A DNA stretch of 63,339 nt, the filler included, from Folioceros fuciformis (Eukaryota), in NCBI GenBank assembly GCA_049999805.1. It is 5 parts of 4 records of this genome, joined end to end, with 100 filler letters (N's around TTAATTAATTAA, not from the genome) between each part and the next. Parts side by side here need not be neighbours in the genome. Positions count along the whole stretch, not along the records: positions 7,732 to 33,492 come from JBNGIO010006379.1; 4 more parts are not named here. The stretch is one strand, 5' to 3'. Shown here piece after piece: positions 11,126 to 23,346 of this stretch. Position 1 is the stretch's first letter; each line of letters begins with the position of its first letter. A program made the translations under genes and the position numbers. Below the pieces are notes generated by a model, which saw nothing but the letters and a program-made list of their open reading frames with translations, did no database searches and was not told the DNA's origin.

Positions 11126-11645
11126 TGGAGCAAAAGCCCTAGACCACCCCTAGGAGCGTCTCGCACACATTGCCCACTCAGACATCTCCAATCGAGCCAT
11201 GGACAGCGTAGGGATCTCAACCGGGAAGTGTCCCCAACATTTGCTGATTAGAGAGGCACCAACAGGCCCCTTTATACAGAGTTTACAAAGCGGGAGCCTC
11301 AACCCACCATAAAACATGGTCTAACCCTGACGGGCGGATACCATGAAGCCCGTTTCGCACATTTCAAATTTGTCGCGATCCACGCTTATTATCTACATAT
11401 CATCTCCTTTAACAAACAATGATTCCTCCAACATGTCATCTAAATTTTTTGTTCTAATAAACGTCGACCAAACAAACATTTTTGAAGAAAACTTTTGTGT
11501 CGTCTTTGTTAACTTTGATTTTCCGCAATAAAAAATGTGTGGTGCGCTGGTCAACCGGTGCACTACATTAAAAGGCACTTAAAATTTCACGACAACCAAT
11601 TTCCAATTAAGTTAAGTTTTGACCCTAAACAAAAATAGGGTCATT

Positions 11646-13602
11646 CTAGTTCGCTTCAGAGTCTACCACCACATCCAAAGCATGCAAATGATGTGCATCA
11701 GTTTCTACAAAATCATCGACACCCACCCAAAGCACCGAGAAGTTTGGATCCTCTGTAGTTTGAGGCGGTAGAGTGCAATTCTCGTCCCAAACAGTGATGG
11801 CATACAGGTCTTCCGCGGGCCTATCATCAATCTGATGTATAACCTCTCCTTTCTTCCCCAACATACTGAAGACCATCAGCTTCCGGTCAACGCTCCTATC
11901 ACCGCACACTTCCTTCGCCCAAAACTTGGATGGGCCTCGCGTAAAAGACTCCGTGGTTATCTCTTCATCTGTGTCCGGCAAGGACCCTAGCCCAATAATC
12001 CGCTGCATGATGTAGGATGTGCACCTGACATCCACATCAATCGCAATCGCGATTGCAGCAAGTTGCAGCTTCCCCTGTATCACTTTCTGTGTCATCGCTA
12101 TAAGCATTTCCTCTCCCTTCACACCTGTCGGAGCCCCTTGAAATGCTCTCTATGGCCTTCCCTGCATAGCTCCTGGCCTCTTGCTGCTGTCCTCTGTCAC
12201 CTGGGACACGGAACTTTGGAGGGCAGAATTTCCTGTCTTCCTTTTCGCCTTTGTCCTTTTTGTTGTTTCGGATGTTGCCATAGTCTTCTACTCCGGAAGC
12301 TCCCCCTGTTCCCACATTCTGAAGATCCTATCCACATTCTCCCACAGCAGACCTCTGCACCTTGCTACCCTATACGGCAATGTTTGTCTGTCCACCATCT
12401 TCTGCACCAAGTCTGTGTCGTGGGGATCTCCACCTTTGTCGGTCATCCCAAGCAACCTATAGAGGTTGAACTTCCATTTCACCGGTGGCTTCTGCTCTCC
12501 AGAGTGATGCCTGAAAAAAATATCAAGCTCGTCGTGGATGTACCTGACCTGCTCAATAAACCCCATCCTTTTCCGTTTGTATGCATAGACGTTGTGGTCG
12601 ACGGCGAGAACCCTCATCTCTTCCTCAGTCAAGCCAGCATAAACGTGCCCTTCCATCCATTCATATTTATTTTCGGCGGGGAACATCTGATGAAGTTTCT
12701 GCATGGCTGCAAAACAGTGGTTTCCCCCCAACACTCCTATGTGGTACTGCTACGCCGTGATCTTGTCCAAAGAAACTTGTTCCTTGCTCGCGACTTGTTT
12801 CGGATCAATCATACAGAGGAGGGGCAAGATCCCTTCCTTCACTGAGCCAGCCTGCATCTACCTCACTAAGCTTTTCATCCAGGCTTCGTCCACCTGCCTT
12901 ATCTGTGCATCAGACGTGATAAAGGAGGCAGGGTGCAAGATATCCACATGACGATCAAAGGTCGTGGACCTTATCCTCTTCGCATGGGCCTTCTTCCTTA
13001 TTCCATTGAGGTAGTCCTCACCCTGCGCTAACCTCTCCAGCCTCTCGTTGTCGGTTTCTACAGCTCGAGTTGGTTCTGGCTGCACCTACTGCAATGGGCC
13101 GCCCTTCCTCCATTTCTGCTTGCCTGCCTGTGCTTTGCTTGAAGTGGCTGCTGCTTTCCGCCGTTTCGGCTGTGGAGAAGTCGCTGTGGAGCAAACATGG
13201 AGAGTGCCATTTGAGTCAGGGGTCAGTGATCCCTGAACAGCATATAGAAAACCAGCAATAAAACCACAGCAAAAGAACAAGCTTACAGACAACATACTCA
13301 CCATATGTCATCTTCCTCTATTTCGCAGGAGACGCAGAAGACTTCCGTTTCCGCTGTCCTGGTGCGCTGGTTGCATGGCGCCCCTGGGCACCCTTCTTAC
13401 GCGTTGGAGTAATCTCCACTGGAGACTCCTCTGATGCTTCACCCTCGCGAGAATTGCGGGGCATCTCCAGCGCTTTGTTAAGGTTGTCTTCCGCTGATGA
13501 GTAATCAGCCATGTCCCCCACTCCCTCTACTTCCTCCTCCTCGCTGTGCTCTGGAACGTTTGGTGCCTCTTCCTCAGAAACCTCTGGTTGCATGCGCGGC
13601 AT
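11646..13602 (-). pseudogene. Transposon cargo gene with a ParB/Srx-like domain; one intron (13233-13301); several in-frame stops
   Basis: IRQVDEAWMKSLV...VLGGNHCFAAMQKL...VYAGLTEEEMRVLAVDHN; track ORFs 12858-13085, 12288-12734 and 11646-12122 lie in one frame, broken by TAG codons. Confidence 0.6.
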
Positions 13603-13770
13603 CTCCTGCCTGTCTTCCACAAAACCTACTGCACGAGATTTGAGGACAACAAAGTCAGCTTGCACCGTTTTCCGCTGCCGCTCCCCCGCAAGGCGCGCCA
13701 CAAGTGCTCGGTTCTTCAGAACCGTGTCTCCTACACAGCGCAACACGGTTCGACAGAACTGTTCTCCACC

Positions 13771-14625
13771 CTACTTAGCCAAAAAACACCCACAAAAGTT
13801 AGGGTTTAGGAAAAATCTCGGTAATGACATTTTTAACTTATGGGTAATAATCCCACTTACATCCTTCAAAAAAAGACAATCTCGGAGCACGTTTTTCATC
13901 CACAGCAGTTCGCAGCAGCGAGGTATGGCTTTCGCAACATTTACAACTACTAAGCTGTGGCTGTCGTAGTCATCGATAATGTGGCTTGGTGGGTGTCTGG
14001 TAAGGATGAAATTCAAGTGAGTTTCGTCATCTTCCCCGTCCACAGACGCATACAGAATCCATCCTGCCCTTCTTGCTTTGTCCTCCGCCAATCCTTGAAA
14101 CCCATTCACCCATAATGCAACCAGAGGAATCCACGACAAGTTGATATCATCAGGCTCATCTTCAGCTATCAAAAACCATTGCTTGTCAGTGTTGAATCTT
14201 TTGGCCAGAGTGTCTTCTAACTTCTTCAGTCTCAAGCGCTCTACAAAGTTGCAGGCATTCGGAATGTTATAATTCTGACTTCTTCCAATACTCCCTCCGT
14301 GATTCACAGTCATCGGGATGTGGTTGACAGGTCCTTCGCTTGCTTTTGAATTGGACGCTCTCACGCTCCCACCCGAGTTATCTTTTCTGCCTCCGCCAGT
14401 CTGGGCAACGAGAGTAGCCGCCTCTTCGCCACCGAGTGGTGCAGGTCGGTGTCTATCTTTGTCGGGGTTGTGAGCAGACGATGCTCGCGCAGTTGCTTTC
14501 CCCGCTTTCCTTTGCTTCCGAACTCTTGGAAGGGCCTCAGCATCCATCTCGACAACCTGAAGTTTGTTGCTACGACGACCAGATGCCATTTCTGTGCACC
14601 ACGAAGAAGAAGAGCCGCACCGCAC
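13771..14625 (-). CDS. Hypothetical protein, probably a second transposon cargo ORF (284-aa open frame)
   Basis: Long open frame with a basic disordered N-terminus and a globular-looking C-terminal half; no family recognised. Confidence 0.45.
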   Translation of the reverse strand: MRCGSSSSWCTEMASGRRSNKLQVVEMDAEALPRVRKQRKAGKATARASSAHNPDKDRHRPAPLGGEEAATLVAQTGGGRKDNSGGSVRASNSKASEGPVNHIPMTVNHGGSIGRSQNYNIPNACNFVERLRLKKLEDTLAKRFNTDKQWFLIAEDEPDDINLSWIPLVALWVNGFQGLAEDKARRAGWILYASVDGEDDETHLNFILTRHPPSHIIDDYDSHSLVVVNVAKAIPRCCELLWMKNVLRDCLFLKDVSGIITHKLKMSLPRFFLNPNFCGCFLAK

Positions 14626-14908
14626 GAAATCTTTTCTGGAGACGAAAGCTATTGTTGAAGAAGTTTCCAGTCACCGGCTTTGTACCCGCAAGTTTTCAAA
14701 AATGACCTATTCAGCTGACACCGACCATCCACTGTTGCCGACCGCCATTTCATTTATAGCGTGATGCAGGTCGTATCAGGTGGCGCTTATGGCTGAACCG
14801 TTAGTTCTATTGAGTCTCAAATGTTCAAAACGAATTAGCGTTATGATGGTCGTTTATGGCGTCGATTCTCGATGAACAGCTATTCCTATTTTTGGTCTAC
14901 CGTTCAGA

Positions 14909-17480
14909 ATGCATTACACACCCGCACTTCTAGACTTGAAAGAGAGGTATTGTGACATTGCTGCACATTTGAAAGCCAGCCAAGCCGAAGGGTATACACC
15001 CACTTTGGACTTTCATAAGTCCTTGCCAAAAGAAACTTCATCATCGTGTGGCAGAATGCCGATTTCCTGTGAAGAGAGTAGCGACAAAGGTTAGAAAGAG
15101 CGGACGATGCTTTGGTCAAGTGCATTCACATGACTATGATTTGCTTCTATTGTACTAATCCGTGGATGATTCTTATCCTCAGGAGACCATCTTTCCACAC
15201 ATCAGCCTGAGGAGTTGAGGTCTTCACCAATCCGTCTGATTCTCCTGGATGAAATTCATAGTTCTCCTGGCCGGTCATCTCCGTGATAGTCATTTGTGGG
15301 CGCGGTGATGAAGACCACACCCATAAGGAGAAACGCCGATGTCCGGAGTTTCTTGGGAGGGAGCGGGGTAGGAGAAATGGGCCCAGATGATGGAACACAT
15401 ATGCAGGAAGTGAACCATTTCCTGAATGCGATAGAAGAAGGGCGTTGTAGTCAAGAGTATGCAGACTCAAGAAATACATCTAGCCAGCGGTCGACTTTTA
15501 ATCGCAAGCCGGCGTCCGAGTCAATGATCGAAACTCTGTTAGATCATCGACGATGTCGGCGGAAGAGACCTTCAACAATACCAAAGGCTAAGTGTTCAGA
15601 GCTTCGCATTTCCGTTGATTATAGAAAACTATGTTGTGCGAGACAATGTCTGAGACAGCTTGGTAAACCGGGATTTAGAGAGTTGCGCTATCGCTTTCTA
15701 AAGATGAGCAGGACAGAGCAAGAAACTTTTTCGCAGGCGGATTTTGATGTCGAGAAAACCGACAGCGCATGTCCAATTGCTGAACCATTCTTACTGGGGT
15801 TGCAGAAAATAAGGTGTTGTCGAGACGCTTTCAGAAGAGTGTACTGCATTGGTTCAAACAGATATGAGGCAGTGAAGGAATGGGCTGTTGGGAACATTGC
15901 TTGGTCGGGAGCCACCTGCTCTGAGCCACAGACTCCTGGGTACGCCGTTGCCACGTGCGTATGGATGGATCAATTGTTTCTTCTAATTGTAGAGCGTATG
16001 CCAAATGCTGAACTGTACCATTTGCCGGACTCTTACACCAAGGAGGAAATTTTCATGGACTACAAGCGGCAAATGAGCATAGTAGAACAATACAACATTT
16101 CGTACTCTTACTTCTGTCAGCTATGGGCCTCGCACTTCCCGAAGGTGCGTATTCCAAAAAACGAACAGATTTTCATTGTGTACTACATGCGATTATCTGA
16201 AGAGAAACATTCGCTCTGAAACAGATAAACAAAAACAAGGTACAAATTAGTTTTCTCAGTTCCGTTGTTTAATTCCATGATGTTTGCTACAAATGTTCTT
16301 TGTTTGTTGCAATTTACAAAGTCGGAAGGAGGGCGCCGGTATACTGGCGCCCTCCTTCTAGCCGGGTCATGCGAAGTGCGCCGGTAGTTGCCGAGTGAGA
16401 AGCAGTGCGTTGGTCTACCGGCGCACTTCTGGCGATAGAGGACAAGTGAGCCGGTCTACCTGCGCACACACGAAGACAGCCGTTTATGCCTACTGACTTA
16501 ATTTCCCGTTCACTTCAAAGGGTTTCGAAAGCGATTTAAAAGTTCACCGACAAAGGTTGAAGGTGGAGTGAGAAAAGAGTATCAAGCACCGTGTTAAATG
16601 CTATGGCGATCCGGCCAAATACCTGAGGTTGACGATTGATGGAATGGATCAGCAAAAAACTCAAATTCCGCATTTCGTGCGACTTCCAAAGGATTTGGCG
16701 GACGTTGACCTCATCGACGTCCATGTTGTGGGATGCATGGTGTACAACAGCACAATGTCGCCTAAGCTCTTCTTAGAATATGCAAATGTCCGCAACGACG
16801 TCAACTTAACGATTTCTATTATCCAGAATGTGATTCACGCGTACGTTGGCCTGCTTCCAGGAGTTCTGTACTTGCAGCTGGACAACACAGCAAGAGAGAA
16901 CAAAAACGCTTTGCTTTTTTCATATTTGAATATGTTAGTGGAGCAAGGAATCTTCAAGAAGGTGAAGGTCGGTTTTTTACTGGTGGGCCACACGCACGAT
17001 TAGGTGGATCAAATGTTCTCCTGTTTTTCGACGGCTCTCGGAAGGAAAGAAGCACTGACTCTACCAGCACTCATGGCTATTATGCAGAGTCCTTACACAC
17101 CTAAGCTAGCAGTGCACGAAGTGAAGGAGGTTCCAGACTTTTGGCGATTGGTGTGGCCTATACCTTACAGTAAAGCCGGTTATTAGAAAGTGTCAGCTGT
17201 TCACCCATTGCACAATATTTCGTTCCAACACTAGTTCAAGATCACAAGGGAGAGCCGAGGTGAACGGAGCTTCATAACTGTGATGCGCGAGAAGCAGTAT
17301 TGTACAGACGAATTTTGGTCGCTAGATGAGGGTATCGAGTTTCTGAAGCATATTTCGAACACAGATATCAAAGCTACTCTATTTTTTCATCTACAATGCA
17401 AGAGCAAAAAAGGGAGGACAATTGTGGACAATGTCATTGAATATCATCTGACACAAATCAGGTCAAAACTAGAGATGTGA
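14909..17480 (+). pseudogene. Sola-like (DUF7869-type) DDD transposase, disrupted and intron-containing
   Basis: CCARQCL, SYSYFCQLW...FPKVRIPK, frameshifted RFSLCTTC, IDGMDQQKTQIP, LYLQLDNTARENKN, FLLVGHTHD*VDQMFS. Confidence 0.8.
16325..16429. repeat. Two adjacent inverted repeats (34-bp near-palindrome 16325-16358; 15-bp IR 16373-16387/16415-16429)
   Basis: gaaggagggcgcc/ggcgccctccttc and gaagtgcgccggtag/ctaccggcgcacttc. Confidence 0.9.
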
Positions 17481-19584
17481 TTACAACAACACTTAGGACT
17501 GGGCGAGAACTTGTGGTGGGATGGGTTTTGGGCAGAGCAAGAGGCAATCGTGCATTCTATAAACTCCGGTGTAGACAAAGACCTTGATTCTCTTTGGCAG
17601 TGGTTCAGGAGGTGACGGAAATATTGAACACACCTATTACTGTATCAGACGAAATGGTGGTAGGTATCAGACGAAATGGTCAAACAAACTAGACTTTATT
17701 AAAGTCTAGTTCCAAAAACAATCAACTTTGAAAGGTGCCCTTAATTGCGGGCGGCCTCAGGTCAAGATAGCATTTTTCCAAATCTTATTCCAATTCTTTT
17801 TTAAGATGCAACAACTCCTGGCCTACCTTAGCGCCGCGCTCTCCTCTTATCCGTTCTTTTGGTCCTCCAAGGATGCTGGAGTGCCTCCTGCCACTCTGGC
17901 TGTAGCTATTTCCATTCTAGTCCTCCTGGTGCGGGTAGGGGTTTCAGCAACCTTGGTTGCTGATTCCGCAACTGTCGTGCTTTCCCAATCGTGGTAGAGC
18001 TTCCCACTACAAGAGTCGTCTCTCCACTACCGGTAGCGGCTCTCACTACCTCACTCGTGGACCTGCTTCTTCATTTGACCTTGCCCCTCCCCTTAGGGTT
18101 TCCATCCGCCGACGGTCGTCTCGCTTCCACGATTGCCACCGGCTTCCACTACCGGTTGCCCCTTCTGCGACCAACTTCCATCTTTTGTGACCGTCGTTGA
18201 GCTTCGACTACCTCCCTTCTCAGCCTAAGTCCACAAACAACCACGTCCTACGCCCAAGCTAACCCCAAACACAGCCTAACTCTATAGCTATGGAGTTCCT
18301 CCTTATATAGGCTTTTGTGAATTGTTCAAAGACCGAAGGCCAAGGAACAATCAGCCCCTCCCCCCTGGTCCTGCTATTGGCCGCTTCGATTCCACTACCC
18401 GTCGGAGTTCCACCACCAGTTGTCCTTTCCATGACGGTGGTTCACCTTCCCCAACTATTGCTGAGTCACAACTCCCTTATTTCCTAGCCTAAGTCCACGA
18501 CACTCCTCTCCTAGGGGTCGTCCCTTATTTCCTAATTGCAAGGGGGGGGGGGTCTACATATATAGGCTCCCTAGCGTTCATTCAACTACCAAGACCCAAG
18601 AACCAACCAGCCCCCCCGGACACCTAGTCCGGCTACTGGTCTACCCCAAAACTTCATGGTCTAAGGAGGTCTTGTGTATATATGCCCCTGCTTATTCTCA
18701 TCTTAACTCGCTTTCTCCTCTACTTCACAACAAAACCCAAAAACCATCAAATTTGACACTTAGGAAGGGGGTTCGCAAATATTTTTTTCTCTACAATAGG
18801 TCATACCTCATACCTGAATGTAACATCTTAGGGGTGATACGGAGTTACAAGCTAGACGGATGAGGGGTTAGGCCCCCTTTCTTGGCTTTTCCCCATTGCG
18901 AGTTGTTCCCCTTGCCACATAGTAGATGGAACTTCCATCTTTTTTTTTTTATAAAGCCTTCACGTTCTCTCTCACCCAAAAATTGAGGAGGAACATCTCA
19001 AGAAGGTCTTAGTCTAGGATGGAATACCATAATCATAGTTATAAAGATATGATAGTTATTACTTTCAACACACATATGAGGAAATAATAAAATAGCCTCA
19101 TTAAAATGGGTTACTTACCTTCATAGACTTCTAGTATGGCGCACACTTTCTTCCACGCAAACCTTTTTGTTTGCGGAACGTCTTCATGCGATCTATATGT
19201 ATCAATGTGAGATTGAAATCGCCATCGCAAAGCACATTGTAAGCTCTTCCAATATTGTTCATCCTATTCCCTTCTTAAATCTGTCGGACACAATCTCTCT
19301 ACCATGCCAGAGTGCATTGTTTGAAGAAATTAACAAGATATTTGTGTTACTCTTGTTGCAAACTATGATATGCAATAGAAACTGATTCCATAGAAAATAT
19401 GTCTTGCTAAACAGCATCAGCTCGATCAGTTGGCTAGCAATCAACAGGATTGCGTGAAAGAAAAGGATTCTGGTCACTCGCTTTCTAACTAGCCTGGTGG
19501 TCATGAACATGACCGTAAGGCAAATTGGAAATCAACTAAACAAAATGGTAGCCCTTGCAAGTCCTGATCAGCATTCCACAAAAG

Positions 19585-20871
19585 TGTCACTGTCACTACA
19601 CAACATCAGCCTCACAACACCCTAAGGTGATGTCCAGCCAAATTGGTTGTCTGGAATCGCCTAACTGACACTCAAACCTCCATCCACACCCAACGATTGT
19701 GACCCGAATTGCTTCACGTGTCGGTGCCACCACGAGAACCCTGAAGACGTCGACCCTGGTCTTGGTGATGGTCTCCACAGGCAGTGTTGGCGGCGCTCAA
19801 GGTCGCTCCCACAGTCCCGTCCGCGACTCCTGATCGTTCGGCTCACAGCTTATTCAGGACAAACCAATGCCACCACCTAGGCTTAGCGCTACCTCCCCAG
19901 CCTCTCAGTCCTAAAAATGACAACTGCAATCATGCGCACACACGGATATCAACACCTGCCCACACCCAGTTTGCTTGTGCCAGATCCAGTCCACAATCGG
20001 CTAAGTGAGCTCAGCTCCGCTTGGATTCTTCTGTGAGTCGCAGGCCGCGGCGTCGCATCTGTGACTCCGTGAGTGAGATTCCCACACAGTCAGCTCAAAT
20101 CCATGGACAGCCCCAGGCTGCCCTCGGTGAAGTTTTCCCCACCTGGCTCCTACACACCAGCTCGTCGATGTCCACCAGCCCAACGTCCAGCGCCGTCGTG
20201 TGCTGTTGTTGTTCTGATGCCCGCGATGGGACACCACAGCGCTCGTGAGCTCTCCTGGTGCTCGAACTGAGACCCCCCAGCTCAACGTCCAGCATTGACA
20301 TTCACTAGTGTCGTTCTGATGCTCACGACGGGACACCACAGCACTAGTGAACCCTCCTAGACGAATCTTGAGACTTGTGAGCGTGACCCCCGTCTTGCAA
20401 TTCCAGCGACTATGTTTGCGAGTTGTAGTAAGTCCCCCACCTAGCCCCAGTGTGTCACACTCAGATCGTCAGTCACACACACACACTGCGATATGGCACA
20501 CTAGTGTTTGCACTTCGATTTCTGAGAAGTGGATTTACAAGCGATTCCTTGATCAGCCACCTCGACAGCAGGCCTAGGTTCAACGAGAGGAATTCTAACA
20601 ACTGCATAACTGAGCCTAGAAGTCTGACACTTATCTATCACGCTGGCCCCTGGCTGTTGCCCACAGTCCTCCTCTTCTCCATTGACGCCATGCCGCCCAC
20701 GCTCGTAACCTCTCCACCATTTTGCACAATGATGCTTCTGAGCCCTAAACGCGTCACACGTTCCCTACCTAGCTATCTACCTAACTATATGATTAGACTA
20801 ATTACATACGATTAGCCTAATTACATTTATTTGATTAATTAGATGTCCTAATTAATCAACATGTCCTGACA
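19585..20871. mobile_element. Probable solo LTR (about 1.29 kb) with internal approximately 100-bp tandem units
   Basis: TGTCA...TGACA termini; flanks AAAAG/AATAG (4/5 TSD match); repeats at about 20090-20360; ends tcctgaca like the LTR at 58463. Confidence 0.55.
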
Positions 20872-21138
20872 AATAGCTAATAGCTAAATTTGATCTAGCT
20901 TCTTACTTACTTGGTAATGGAAGATGCACTGCCTATTGCTCCTCAAAAGTCTCTTGACCTAAGACTCTCTTAGCTGATCTAAGGGCCATTACATCTAAGC
21001 TCCTCGTGATCGTGCACCGTCCTTTTCCCCCTGTTTCAATCTTGTGATTCATACCTGAAGTGCCCATCATCTTCCACCTTGTGTGATCATGCACTCTTAT
21101 CTTGTTCTTAGGCTTGTTTCCATCTTGAGAGTAATGCA

Positions 21139-22347
21139 TTATCTGCTCATAGTCTTCCACCATCTTTGCCATTCTTTCTGTTGTGTTTTAGAAGAAATGT
21201 TTGTAAGATCTATGTTGTATTGTGCCATGCGCTTTGCAACCTCATTCTCTATAACTCTTTCAAACTCATCTTCAACAAAGGTATAATAGACCTTTGGTAC
21301 CAATGTATTTCTCTGGTCTATGTGGTATTGTGCTATCCATTGTGTAAGCTTCTTTTCTATAACTCTTTCAAGCTCATCTTCAACAAGAGTATAATGGACT
21401 TTAGGTTCAAATTTATTTCTCATGGCCATGTGGTATTGCGACATCCGCTTTGCAATCTTGCTTTCAATAACTTGTTCAAAGTCATCTTCAGAAAGAGTAT
21501 AATGGACTTTAGGTGTAGATCTATTTCTCACGTCCAATGGCATGGGGTATTGTGCCATTCGCTTTGCAACCTCTTGTTCTATAACCCTTTCAAGCTCATC
21601 TTCATGAAGGGTATAATAAACTTTAGGCATAGATTTCTTTCTCAAGTCCATAAGGTATACTGCCATCCTCTTTGCAACCTCCTTTTCTATAACTCTTTCA
21701 AGCTCATCGTCAACCATGCTATAATACACTTTAGGTATTGGATGTAACCTAGTGTTTGCCCTTATATCCATCCTCATGTTTGGTTTATGGCGTCTAGATG
21801 CATACCCTTGATAGTGTTGGCGAATTTTTGCACTTCGCTTCTCTTCTTCGATATCATTTTCACCTACAAACTCCTCATAGTCTTGCTCCATATTCACATT
21901 CCCAACTGAATCTTGAGGTTCATAGACAAACTTCTTTTGATCTTGTTCTATACTTCTATCGGCCTTTCGTTTTCTATGTGCACTTTCACCCTTCTTGCTC
22001 GCACTCATAGTCCTTGTTCGAGGTTTACATACAGAATTCTCATCTAGCGCTATATTCTTGCTAATCTTCTGCTTTTTACACAGATACATAGGGTATTCAC
22101 AATGTTCTTCCATGTCCAAGCACCAAATCTCATTCTCTTGTTGTTTGGAAAGTGTACAGCTCCTCCTCCGCTCCATAGCTTGTGCTCTTAGTTTTGCAAT
22201 CTCTTTTTCTACATCTTCAATGTCATCTTTGCAAAAGGGAAAATATTGCAAAGTCATTGTGTGCAAGTAAGTTTTGCCAACAATATTTAAATAAACGTTT
22301 GCCAATAATATTTGAATTGATGTTGACACTTCTACCAATCTTTTCAA
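21139..22347 (-). CDS. Hypothetical protein with five tandem 36-38 aa repeats
   Basis: 402-aa open frame in AT-rich DNA; repeat PKV(Y/H)YTLxEDELERVIExEVAKRMAQY; true start and splicing are uncertain. Confidence 0.55.
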   Translation of the reverse strand: MKRLVEVSTSIQILLANVYLNIVGKTYLHTMTLQYFPFCKDDIEDVEKEIAKLRAQAMERRRSCTLSKQQENEIWCLDMEEHCEYPMYLCKKQKISKNIALDENSVCKPRTRTMSASKKGESAHRKRKADRSIEQDQKKFVYEPQDSVGNVNMEQDYEEFVGENDIEEEKRSAKIRQHYQGYASRRHKPNMRMDIRANTRLHPIPKVYYSMVDDELERVIEKEVAKRMAVYLMDLRKKSMPKVYYTLHEDELERVIEQEVAKRMAQYPMPLDVRNRSTPKVHYTLSEDDFEQVIESKIAKRMSQYHMAMRNKFEPKVHYTLVEDELERVIEKKLTQWIAQYHIDQRNTLVPKVYYTFVEDEFERVIENEVAKRMAQYNIDLTNISSKTQQKEWQRWWKTMSR

Positions 22348-22515
22348 ACAACAATCGTTTGCTTTTGTATCATACAGTATGCAGTTCTAAAAATAAAAAT
22401 GCATCCTACACCAAACATTGAACCATGAATTTGTTAGTTGGCCAACAACTTGAAAACATATTAGTGTAATACCACATATATAGCCTAAGAAAACAAAACC
22501 GAGAACCATAGAACA

Positions 22516-22615
22516 NNNNNNNNNNNNNNNNNNNNNNNNNNNNNNNNNNNNNNNNNNNNNNNNNNNNNNNNNNNNNNNNNNNNNNNNNNNNNNNNNNNNN
22601 NNNNNNNNNNNNNNN
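22516..22615. other. Scaffold gap (100 N)
   Basis: N run without linker. Confidence 0.97.
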
Positions 22616-23346
22616 CTCTATATATATTAGCATGAAATTTTTATACTAAAAAAATCTCAAAAGCAAGTTTTAGTTTGGGAACTACTCTCTATATCTACTA
22701 GGATTGTTTACTTTTCCCATCCGCTTGGTTTGGGTAGAGGATCTTTCCATATTAGGGCTTCCATTTCGCTTCAGGTTTTGTAGGCTTCCGGGATCTTGGA
22801 CTTTTCAACTTCGTCCTCCAATTGGACTGCTTGAGCTCGAGTGGGAGCTCCAGTTTCAGCCTGAGTGTTCCGAGCACTTTTGATTGCATGGGCCAAGAGC
22901 ATAACCTTCTCTTGCGCATTAACGTCGAACGACTCGAGATTAAAACGCTAACAGGATCGGTTTCAAGAGTCCCGTCCATCCCTCGAGAAACTCGCACAAC
23001 GCTTTACTTCAAACGTAGGTCCTTGTGTATAAGGTTCCTCATTGTCAAGCTTCTCGCTGCCAAGAGCGTGAAGGATTATTATCGAGGCGAGCCGTCATTT
23101 CAGAGGCTCTGGATGTGGCGGACGCCGCGCCAGTCCCTTCAGGCTGTGTACGTCACGCTGCAGCAACGTCAACGATGGATGCATCGCCTCGCGGGCCTGA
23201 AATCAGCGTCGTATTATCGCGATGTGAGGCAGATAGGAGCCCCCCGCCAACTTGGTGAAGGCAGCGGTTTCTCCGTTCCACAAGCTGCTCTCCGGCGATC
23301 TTCTCAGCAGGATGCAGCTTTCGGATACCTGACTGAGGGCCTGGGA

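Larger units (their letters stand above)
9531..18919. mobile_element. Probable large LTR-derived block (TGTGG...CCACA) interrupted by a DNA transposon at about 11.3-17.7 kb
   Basis: The start shares gattcgctcccaaggga...gtgccaag with the LTR at 55317; ccactaccggt-type subrepeats occur on both sides of the insertion; no perfect TSD, and the right boundary is uncertain. Confidence 0.5.
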
